Of a DNA stretch of 64,000 nucleotides, positions 11,869-23,800 are shown piece after piece. Both the position numbers and the translations under genes were made by a program. Position 1 is the first letter of the stretch. Each line of letters opens with the position of its first letter. The stretch comes from Octopus sinensis (Eukaryota). The stretch lies in NCBI RefSeq assembly GCF_006345805.1, contig NC_043015.1, positions 16,802,001 to 16,866,000 of the forward strand. Direction: 5' to 3'. A model generated the notes under the pieces. That model did no database searches and was not told where the DNA came from. It saw only the letters and a list, made by a program, of their open reading frames with translations.

Positions 11869-14800
11869 CTAAAAAGAAAAAAAAAAAAAAATTGTAGTTT
11901 TACAATTTTAATGAAATTTATTTTTTGCTTAGTTAATAAATGTATATTTAATTTAAAACTACTTACAACACAGAGATCAACTTTGTCAGGATTGTTCCTT
12001 TGCTGATAAATGCATTGACTGAATACACTGTAAAGTTTCTCTAAACGTTCGACAGTATAGCCTTTAGTCTGAGTGACAACTTGGTCCAAAAGTTTCGACA
12101 TCAGTCCTCTATTATAAGTAGTGTTGGCTGCTTCCATATCATTGTTATTGCCAGAAAAATCTTCTCCAACCATCGATATCTGGAATGTGGCTGCTTCACC
12201 TTAAACGACATTACATTTAAAAGAGTTTGCTGTATTATAATCCAGCATATAATTTTTGAGCACTTTCTTTCCTTATCTAGTTTTCTAATATTCCACCAAT
12301 TAATTATGCTTATTCACATTTGAAAAACAGTCTTGCAAATCAAATTCAAACAACAAAATTCAACTTCAGGGTTTCGAGTGATTCCAATAATTTTTCTATA
12401 TTATTAGCCCTAAAGAAGGAAACAAGCAAAAAAAAAGGGGGGGGGGGTGCTTTTGCATCAAGTAAAATATCATTAAAATCTGATTAAACTATTTTGTAAT
12501 AAATTCTAACTGGAATGAAGAAGAGCAATTGTAATAGGATAATGTATGAAAATAAGATGAGAAAAGACAAGAATAACTCCAGAATCAAAACTTTAATTTT
12601 GCTAAAAGAAATATTCTGGATAATGACAGATCTATAGTACTGTTTAAAAATAAGTCAAAATTGTAAACTGGTATAAAGAAATGAACTAATACACATTATC
12701 TTCTTTGTGTAAATACTGACAAAGGCAAAACTAGTGTTTAATCAGTAGCTGTCAGCATAAGATTTGTGGTATATCAGTAACAGTTTAAATTTCAAGATGA
12801 GGCAATATTTACTCTTTTACTCGTTTCAGTCATTTGAACGCGGCCATGCTGGAGCACTGCCTTTAGTCGAGCATATCAACCCCGGGACTTATTCTTTGTA
12901 AGCCCTGTACTTATTCTATCGATCTCTTTTTGCCAAACCGCTAAGTGACGGGGACATAAACACCAGCATCGATTGTCAAGCAATGGTGGGGGGACAAACA
13001 CAGACACACAAACATATACACACACATACATATATATACATAATTCGACAGGCTTCTTTCAGTTTCCATCTACCAAATCCACTCACAAGGCATTGGTCGG
13101 CCCGAGGCTATAGCAGAAGACACTTGCCCAAGATGCCACGCAGTGGGACTGAACCCGGAACCATGTGGTTGGTAAGCAAGCTACTTACCACACAGCCACT
13201 CCTGCGCCTATATGCATATGTAAAATACAAAACTTATTCACATTAAAGTCTATACTTGGTGCTTGAAATTTTGTCTTGAAACACTTGGTTTTTATAACAT
13301 TCCTGTTGAAGGATGTGGAATGGCAAACAATGCAGTGGGTCATGTGGCCACAAATTCAGAATTCCACCAAATTCAAAGCTATGAATAAAGCAAAATGGTT
13401 ACTACATGGAAGTGAAAATTTATTGTAATATTAACATGTATATATGATAGTAAATTAGTGTGAGAGACAAAGAGAAAGCAGTAAAATTTACACTATATTC
13501 AATACCAGTTAACTTTTTAGAAAAGCATTTTACAACCATTTTTCAATTCAAAGTAATTCATATTCATGCAGAAATTCAACATCTCCAACTCACTCCCTGG
13601 TCCCGGTCTCCAGTTAACATTCTGTAAAGTTAACCATCAAATATATTGTTATGGACGCAAGGAAAATGTAAACGAACATAAAAACATTATGCCCCTTGTT
13701 CCATTAGTTGGAATCGAACCGGCGCTCCAGTTGTTCAGGACAATGGTATTTCCTTTGTCCTGTCAAAAAGCATGATTATTAATGGTCCTAGGCAATGACC
13801 TATGGCCCCCGCATATTCACGGAAAGTTTTTTAAAAAATAAAAATGTTGGGAGAGGGATCTACACATTGCTGTCATCGATATTTCTCTTCTTCTAGCTGC
13901 TACCCGTTATAAATACGGAGAGCATTAGGTTGAAGAGTCAGTCGGTGAGAGAGGGTCAGTTTGAGCGGAGACCGGGACCAGGGAGTGAGTTGGAGATGAT
14001 GACAGACAGGCGCAGTTGGAGATGGCAGGGACGAGAGACGGTAGAAACAGAGATGACGAGTGGCAGGCAAGTTGTTATAGTGGGAGTTTGTGAAGTTAAG
14101 AAACAAATGTTCTGGTAATATTGTTTTCTGATGTTTAAATGAAAAAAGAAAAACGTTGTGTTTGCTTAAATGTAAAAAAAAAAAAAAAAGAAAAGAGACG
14201 ATGTGCCGTTGAAATGAAAAAAAGAGAGAGGCTCTGACGTAACCGTTGAAAAGAAGAAAGAGCATGTTGTTGGGTGTTTTTAAAAGAAAAGAAAAGAGAA
14301 AAAAGAACTTGGAAATGTTTTTTAAAAGAAGGGACCTTTTTGAGAAATGTCGTGTTAAAGAAAAAAAGAGGAAAGTGAAGCTCTAAGAAACTGTTGATTG
14401 TGAACTTTGTGTTAAATGTAAAAAATGATTTGTCTTGAAAAATCGAACTGTATTGTGTCAAATGTTAAATGATTTGTTCTCCGAACTCTGCATTATGTTG
14501 TTAACCTTTGTTGTGAAGGCTTTGGTTTTGTTATGAAAAAAATTGTTTGAATTACGTAACTTCCGCCCATGTCTCTCTTCTTTTGTTGTTGTGTTGGTTC
14601 CTGGCTGCGTTCGCCACCTTCCCGTGGTGGATTTCCGGTTTAATGAGCACCATCGCAAGCAGGCTGTTCCCGGCGTGAGGGCCATGTGGTGGCAAAGGAA
14701 GGCCTAGGGCTTGCGTGGCGGCGTAACAATATGTAGGAACTAGAAGCTTTTATTTTTTTTTCAGCAACATAGTCATGAATTCAAGGCCTTTCATGACAAT

Positions 14801-17800
14801 GTGCATTAATGCAAATGAGGAAATGTTTATCTATATTCATTAAGAATTAAACACTATTTCAGATTGAAGACAGAATCAGCTTAATTCAATGAAAATTTTA
14901 AAAATTAGAACTAAATGTATTTTGTCATTTATTTGAAATGACTGGGTGACAAATTCTACTTTAACTTGTTTCAGTCATTGGACTGCAACTGAGGCACCAG
15001 ATTCAAGGTGGTTCTCGGTATAGCTTTCTGACTGGTACTTATTTTATCAATCTTTATTTGTTGAACCACTAAAATTATGGGACACATAAAACAACAGTTT
15101 TCAGACAGGTGCAAGCATAAATACACACCTGAAGGTTTCCACAAAGGGAGAGAGGGAACACTAACTAAATTCAACTCACATGGAGTTCACTCTAAAGGAA
15201 ATGTATTCCTGTTTTTTTCACTCTAGTTCATACTTCAGATAGCAACTGCAATTTGAACAAACAAATCAAATCAATTCTAAACTTTTGGGACAGGCAATAC
15301 CTAGAAACAGTTGTTTCAATAGATCAAGCAAGTACTTATACTTTCAGATTCATCCAGAACATTTTCTTTTTTTTTTATATTAATGTAGCTTTCACAATCT
15401 TATGATCATGAATCCAACACCCTAATCACTAAGCCATGCATCTCCACATGTAGCTTATATATAAATAAAAATTGTTTTTAACTTAGGCACAAACACATCT
15501 GTGGGGAGAGGGTTTACATCAACTACAGTATTTGACTGGTACTTTATTTTGTTAACCCCAGACGGATGAAAGGCTTGGAGGGGATTTGAATTCAGAATGT
15601 AAAGAGCCAAAACAAATACTGCAAGGCATTATCTAACAATTCTGCTAACCCAGTGTCAATAATAATAATCCTTTCTACTAAAGGCACAAGACCTGAAATT
15701 ATGGGGGAGGGGACTAGTCGATTACATCAACCTCACTGTTTCACTATTTATCAACCCTGAAAGGATGAAAGGCATCGTCAAACTCAGCGGAATTTGAACT
15801 GAATAATAATAATAAAAGATTAAATACCTTCAGTTTCTTGATTTTCAACTGGCAGTGGGCTGATGTCAGCAAGTTCTGGTGCAGCACCTTTTTCTTGTTC
15901 TGTAGTTTGGGAGTTAGTTGGAGCCTGGCAATTATGATAATAGCATAGCTTTTTTTAAAGAAAACATAAAAGCAAAGCATAAATACTATTCAATATAGAA
16001 ATAAAAATCATTTTCCAGTTGACACAAAATGAAACATCAATTTGTCAGAATGAATTTAGCATTGGTGCTAAATTTATGGCACAATCCTCAGCTCCCTTCT
16101 ATTCAATGAAGTCCTCTCAAGGTATAACAGAGGAGTTTAAGATCAGCTGTCCACAGACACTCATATACTGATGATCTAGTTCTTATCTGTAAATCTGTAG
16201 TAGAACTAGACAAGAAATTCAGATATAAAAACAGTTCAAAAACCTTGAATTAAACTTAGCAAAGGCTAAAATATTAGTAAGTAGGAGAGAAAATAGGACC
16301 TAACGGCCATCAAGGACACAAAGAGGTTGGAATGCACTGACCCAGTATTTCCAACTTGGAGTTTAGATAAACATCTGGGTACTTTAAATATTGTGTACCC
16401 AGTGTAAACTATGGATACAAGCTGTATGGTGGGATCACAAGTAGGTTAACAGCATAGACTTAGTACTTATTGTCTGCACCTGCCTCATATGAAGATATTC
16501 TATCAGATGCTTGAAAGGATCTCTGTAACTAGTTGATAGCTTTTGTTATCTAGGTGACCTAAATAGCAATGAGGGAAAAGTGCTCTGAAAACAGAAATAA
16601 CAATGGGTCTGGAAAAAAAGCTTCCAAGAGCTTCTCTTTTAGAGTAAAAGATAGATTGTATGAAGTACAAAATTGTGATGATGCATATCAGGATGTGAGC
16701 CTTGAAAGCAGATGATTTGTATTAAAAAAAACAAACAGGAAGAAATGAAATGGCATAACATGTTTCATTGAATGTGTAATATTAGTGTACACAAGCAATG
16801 GAGCAACTGAGCTCAGAGAAAAATTGGGTACAAATTTACAAGACAGATGACTATATTGATACCAACAATGTGATGTAATGGAGGATGATAGCTGTATAAA
16901 GTGCCACATACTATATGTGAATTAAACTTATGTAAAAAGAGAGCCCAAGAAAAACTTGGGATGAAGCTGTAGAGACAGATCTCAAAATGTTGCATCTCAC
17001 GATTGGTGAAAGACCACCTATGCAAGTTTGGCAAATTGAGCATTGAAAAATGCGATATATTTGCTGTTTCTTTGACACCCACTCATTTATTTCACTGTCA
17101 TTCACACTAGCTGTTTAACAAGAGATGGCATTGGACCTATTCATATACAATCTCTGCCTACTACTCTTAACTTCTCAACTTATCTTTCTTGCTCATTATG
17201 GGACCTAAACATAAGGGATTGTATGAGATACAAAGAGAGACATTGGTCAATAGTCCTGAGAAAATACGAAGGGTCTGGCTTTTATGAGAAGTAGCACATA
17301 AAATGCCATTTGATGTTTTGTGTACCTGACGCTAATGTGTAGAGCTGACAGGCTTTCATTGCATTGAGTAAGTACAAAGGTGGGAATGTTAGGATGACTT
17401 CAATCAACATCTAAGAATATATTTTTGCTCTTGTTACTATTTCCAACTTGGAGTTTAGGTCTAGAAGACTGGCAGTATTAAGAAGATGGATTTGAAATGG
17501 ATTTAAAGGGAAAATGTAAATTGGAGATCAGCAAGAGCAAATATCTATATTGGATGCAAGGCTTCTGTAGAAGCATGATCAGAAAAAGGCAAAGAGAAAG
17601 TGTACTTCTGATATAACCAATATTATTCCTCATTATAAACTTCAGATGTGTGGAAACCTTCGAATATTCTTTCTTAAATATCTCACCATTGGACTATATT
17701 TACTAATGGGACCCATGGAAATTCCACAGAACAAAAAAGATTAAGAGAAGCTATTTAAGAAAGGAAGAATGATTTTTATTTTGCTAAGTTATTTCACTTC

Positions 17801-20800
17801 CAGTTACAATAATGTATTATATGATTTTAAAATTTCCCTCTGCTAAGCACTTTATATTTCTCTCTTTCTACCTCTTCAACGAACTTTTTAACCCTGAAAT
17901 TATCCTCTTCATTTCTGTAACATTTCTCTCTTTCTCGCCACCTCTCACTTCCACTAACCACATGAGTGACAGCGTAATTCATTGGCTGGCTATCTGCTCT
18001 CTCTCTCACTCCACCTCCTCGTTCAATGAAAAAAATACTTTTCACTATCAACACACCACCACCATCATCATCGCTACAATTTTTAGTAACAAAACTCATT
18101 TCATTTCATTTAATTTCAGTCCAGTTGTTGTTTATATCTACTTTTTCTTGCTGCCGATGTATCTCTACAATACAACTACTATCTGCCACCCCCACTTCCC
18201 CTCAATGTAACTGCCTCCCCTGTCCATCTCTCTCCACCTGCCTTTCTTTAACCTCACCACCCAGAACATCATCCTCTGCTAAATATTGTATTTGAAACAT
18301 ATCTCTTTCTCTCCACCTTTCCCTCCCCACCCTATAGCACATCATGAACACTTCTCCTCCCCCTCTTTTCTCTTGCTATTTGCCCCCCCATTCAACTAAC
18401 CACACTTGGCCTTATTATACATCTTTCTCTACTTCTCTCTCACTTTTATTCCACTTTTTACTCATTCCACCTCTGTAACTAACTAAAGTATAACAGGTGA
18501 ATGAACAAGCAAATTATTATATAGATTATGATGAGTAGAAAAGCAAAGAAAATAAGTGTATTTCCACGATTTTGAAATCATGAAGAGAAGCCATTTGTTA
18601 GAAATAATACTCTTATTGATTCTGTTATGGGTCAAGGTCTAAATTCAACTAAACGAAAGTACATAACACTTGCAACAGAGTAGACACTGCTAAGGGTATT
18701 CAATGGAGAGAAAGATATTAAACCAGGCAATGGATGAAGCCTACTATTCAGTGTTAACAAATTTGTTTTACAAATTTAAGCCTTTTGAAATTAAACATAT
18801 TTAACTATAAATACAAGAAAAGTTATATTATTGTAGAAAGTAACAGAAACAGAAGAAAATGTTATTACTTTAGATATTAATATTATTCAAAGGTTTTACC
18901 TTGACAAAAGCAAAACTAAGATCCAGAAAGGAGCTAATGAACCAATTATTAAAAAACTACTTGGGAGAAAATTAAAAACTGCCAGGATTAATAATCAAAG
19001 ATCTATAATAGTGGAGACAAAGGATATATCAATTCTTTGGTTGGAAGATTACAACTAGAAGCTAATGCTAGTTGACTCAAAGCTCAGCCTTTTTTCTTGA
19101 TTGAAAGAAAACAAATATTAAAGCATGATTGTGATATTTTATGCTAACAAAGGCTGGTTAAAAGATTTCAAAATTTGAAGTGGAGAAACAACTGGAAAAT
19201 CATTAAATACAGATGAAGATACTGCAGCTAAATATTCTGCTAAATTAAAGAAAATAATTATGATGACTGTTGAATCTTCAACACAGATGAAACTGATACT
19301 TTCTCAAAAATACAATGAAAAATATTTTCCAGTAAAATGTATGGTAACTTGCAGAGAGGAACATAAAATTAAAATAGCAATGCTTATTTCCAAATGATAA
19401 ACTCAAGTGCTTTAAAAGGAAACAAGAAGCAAATTTCTTCCATGTCATTTGGCAATCACATAAAAAAGGCACGCTACATTTCTGTCTGGAAGTTTTGCAA
19501 GAAAAATAGTTTAAAATTCTAAATTCTTTAGATTATTGATAATATTCCTAGCCATCCTAACTCATATTTTGTACTATAATGTTTAAGGCATAAACATTTT
19601 GTACTCATGTGTAGGTTGTATTTTTACCACCATATACAACATTGCTGTTATAGCCTATGCCCGAAAGAACAACTGTATTCAATACCTATTATACCCTAAG
19701 AACTTTCTCATATAATTAAAATTACAACTAATAGAAGACACTTATTACTCTCCTAGAACTTTGGGAAAAATTTACAAGCATTTGAAAATAATTAAGAGTC
19801 GTAGGAAGATAAGAGCCGGTTATAGGTGAGCAGTCTAATAGCATCTCTTGTATGAATGAACAAATGATTACAAAAATCCAGTAAATGAAATTATTGATCA
19901 TATTGCTACCATCAGAGAAGACTTTGGCCTTGAAATCTTCATAATTTAGTAATATTCAAAAGACTTACATGAAAATGATCTCATTGAACCAATAGGTATA
20001 GGAAGCAAATGAAGGAAAGGAATGCCTCAGTTAAAGTACTTGATGAATTTTTCAGGACAAAGAGTCAATAAAACAAGAATTAATGCATATGGATCTGAAT
20101 GAGTGTTCATATACTACTGTGAACTTTCAGAAGGTTAAAAATAATCAAATTGCTTGCTATCACAAAATGTATGCAGAGAGGAGAAAAAGCTACAACTGTT
20201 CAATTGGTTCCTGATAAATTTTTCTCTACAAAAAGAAAAAAAAATAATTTACAGTAACTACAAATTGTTTTGTTGCTTTTATTTTACTATACAGGATTTA
20301 TTACAATTATTTCTAATGATGATTAAATTTAATAAACATGGTTTTGATAAAAACAAATACATGAGGGGAGGTGGTGTAAATTAAAGACATTAAAGGGCAA
20401 CTGTATAATGCAAATAAAATAACTAAAACTAGTCATCTTTTATCTACCTCAGCTTGTATCCATATCACCAGTAATTTTGATTTAGGAAAACTTCATTTTT
20501 GTGCATATGCACATACACACAAAATATATAAATAAATTCACATTAGAGAAGAATATTTAAAAATGGATTTTCATTTGAGAAGAAATAAGCATGTTTTATG
20601 GATGTAAATATTTGTGTAAAACATGACACACATATACACACATTCACACATGCATATTATATACACAAACAAATAAATGTATAATATAACTATTAATAAC
20701 ACACATAATAATCTTTAAGTAAGAGAATATTTTCAAATACCCAACCTATTCAGAACAAGGACCTGTTTAATTACAATTAATAAAACAACTATTTACTGGC

Positions 20801-23800
20801 TTATAAGAGAAAACACAATCTTAATATGCCAATAAATATACTTAAAAATTTAAGAAATTCCACAACTTACATTATCAGTTTTGGCTTGATCCAGACTATC
20901 CAAGGATTCTCCATTGCTCTCTATTGCACTCCCAATTCCACTATCAAGACCATTCCTCGTTGTATTGGCAGTGGTGTGTGAGGTAGGCACACTAGTGGAG
21001 GTTACAGTAGATGACAGCAAAACTGAGGATGTCACATTAGAAGTACTAGCTGATGACGATGATGATGATGATGACGATGATGACAATAAAGAAGTGTTGG
21101 AACCATTGGCAGCGCTATTATTAGTTGTAGTAGTATTGGCAGTGATAGCACTGGATTGTTGCTGTTCGGCCCTCCCAGGAGAAGCTTGATCGTGTCCCTG
21201 TGTTCGGTATGGGTAATTTTGCATGGTGGAAGATGATGAAACGGTTGCAGATCCAGAGGTAGTCATTTCTGAATTTGTATGGTTTTTTGAAGTGGATGGG
21301 GTTTCATTATTCAATTCACTTGAATGACTCCTACTTTTTGTACACTGTTCTTCTTCTGAACCAGAAACTTCATCATCTCCAGAGTGTCCATTTTTGACAT
21401 GTCGGCTGCTAGCAGATGAACGCCTTCTTCTTAAGCGTAACTTGCGCCCTGGTTTTGATTTATTTACAGGTGAAGATTGGTCAGAATTTTGAAGCTGATC
21501 CTCAGAGAAACATTCTACACTTTCTGCCTCGGTTGAGGTAACCTGAGATTTAGAGGAGGAATTTGATCGGTATGACTTCGATTTTGATGGGGATTTTGAT
21601 TGACAAAATATTTTCTCCACAACTTCAAGGGGTGCCTGAGATTCTGCATCCATTCCTCTTACCCTCCGACTAAATCTCGTAGGGTAATCTGAAGGGAGAG
21701 CATTTACCTGGCTATTTGTGTTAGAGGAAGTAGCAACTGGCTGAGTTACAGGAGGAGTATCTGGTCGTTCAGGTTGAAGTGAGAAAATATTAGTAGCCTT
21801 ATTAACTTCACCTAAATGAATAAGAAAAAAAAATACACAATGTATTCATAATGTGTGTGTATGTATGTGTGTAGACAAATTTCAATTTTAAATATATCTT
21901 ATTTTGTCTAATGGTCACATTCCACTGTCAAGTTCATTTCATGCACTAAATTATAATCTTGTTCATAAAATGAGTTTGATAATTATCAAAACCATTTCAA
22001 TGGGAATTATATAGTAATATCCACAATTTGATTATTTCTTTTACCAATATTTCTATAACAGAATAGAAAGAAGGGTCTAACAAAATCATCTTTGACATCA
22101 CTTGCAACTGAAATTACAAATTTTATGGGTTAATGATTCATTGCAATTTAATTGACAGTTCAATATAAGTCCCTGAAATCATTTACAAGTGGGTGCTGCA
22201 AAGTTCCTAGCTTTAAGGGTATTGCAAAAGGCTAGGCTGGAGGGCAAACCTTCTGAGTTCTTTTATAGGGCTTAGAAAAGCTTAAGGACTGTGTGTGAAT
22301 CTGACAGGGGAATATGTTGAATAAAATCATAATTAACTGATCCTCCTGGTTTTTTTTACCCAAAGCCAGGAACCTTACTGTACCCATCATATATGTGTTG
22401 TAGATCACAGATTAAATTCACATTTATATATATGTTATTCTAAATTTGTTCTTGTATAATTTTTCTAAGTTAATATCAAAACTAAAACCAAATACTGAAA
22501 ATGCTCATCCTTTATAATAGACATCTAATATTCCTATCATTCTTCAGAAAGGTTGTTGACAAGCTTTAGGCACTCAACTAGTTAGCTTTAAAAATATAAC
22601 ATTGTTTATTTGTTTCTGATATTTAGAGTATCTTAGTTTTAGGATGCCAATATCTAAACTAAATAACCAGACCAACTGACAGGAAAAAAAACATTAGTAA
22701 TGAAACCCAATGAAAGAATATAAAATACTACAAAAAACAATGTGTTGAGAGATAACAATGATCCCCATTTTAGTCTCTGATAAGAAAAAGAAAAAAGTCA
22801 AGCTGTCAGAAGAAATTTGCAACTAGAGAAGGGACCATTGATGCTGACAAAGAAAACAATGCAAAAACTTGAAAAGTCAGTTTACTTTTTGAACCCATTC
22901 ATTACCAAAACCACCCAGCACCACTAGACCTAACAATTTGTATTTAAATCAAATTATTGACATAAATCATATTACTACCATAGTGATAAAATTTCACAAA
23001 CACATTGCTATGATATGAATTTGATGTTCTTGAAATCAGTTTGGTCTTTCTTTTTCTCTCTTATTTATAAGCCTTGAGTAATAATGACTTTGAATATGAA
23101 TGATTTTCCAAGAAGAAATGGCTGCAACAAAAAGAAAAAAAAAAAAAAAAAGCATAGCATGTGCTGGACTTTGAGATGAATACTTCAATTTTCATAGTTG
23201 ATAATAGCGATGCTGAATTGATTCCAGAAACAGAATGAACTGAAAACTAATATATTTCCTCTTTCAAATGATTCATGATGGTTCATTGCAAAACCCTTCC
23301 AAGGAATAATGACATAAGATGAAGAATGTAACTGTTTGGTAACATCTTGCAATAACCAGATCATCAATATGCTATAAAAGTAGAGAGACAGGCATGAACA
23401 AGAGAAAGGAAAAGATGGGGAGGACTACAGGACAATTTACTTTCCTTTATACAGAGTTAAGTGTTCTACAATTAACATTCATCGGGTGTATTTTCTGAAC
23501 ATCACAAAACTCCACAGGTTTCAGAAAACTACAGCTCAATCTTTAGAAACATTTATCTTAAGATGCTATGTGAAGATGGAAAATGATAACACAATATACA
23601 TTAACATCACCACAAGTGTTCACATATTAGGTTGCATATTGTTGCTATTTTTATTTCTAACCATAAATTTCATCAATAAAAAGGCCATTGATAACAATAA
23701 ATATGGTATCAAGAGCAAAGATAAGCACTGGCGGGTCAATGCAAATTTTGGATTCCATCAATAATGCAAGATCATCAAGTGAGAGTTTACAGGAAATAAT

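Noticed and set aside
12345-12411. Extra ATAD2 exon after the strong acceptor cttgtttccttctttag (12411-12410)
   Set aside because: In the required phase 0 it reads GGC TAA; the only longer frame ends in a stop with no donor.
13701-13746. tRNA gene on the - strand (perfect B box GGTTCGATTCC at 13720-13710, CCATT...AATGG stem)
   Set aside because: Only about 17 nt lie between the stem and the T arm, too few for D and anticodon arms; the T stem has two mismatches and there is no A box. At most a tRNA-like relic inside the LTR.
14458-14728. CpG-rich host promoter or small gene (ORF 14458..14685)
   Set aside because: It lies inside the TG...CA, TSD-flanked element, and the ORF has no recognisable motif or splice context.
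17812-18295. Protein-coding ORFs in the pyrimidine-rich tract
   Set aside because: Low-complexity sequence with biased Phe/Leu/Ser/Thr content and no splice or homology support.
20914-21189. Separate + strand gene with poly-Asp
   Set aside because: Antisense shadow of the ATAD2 poly-Ser exon.
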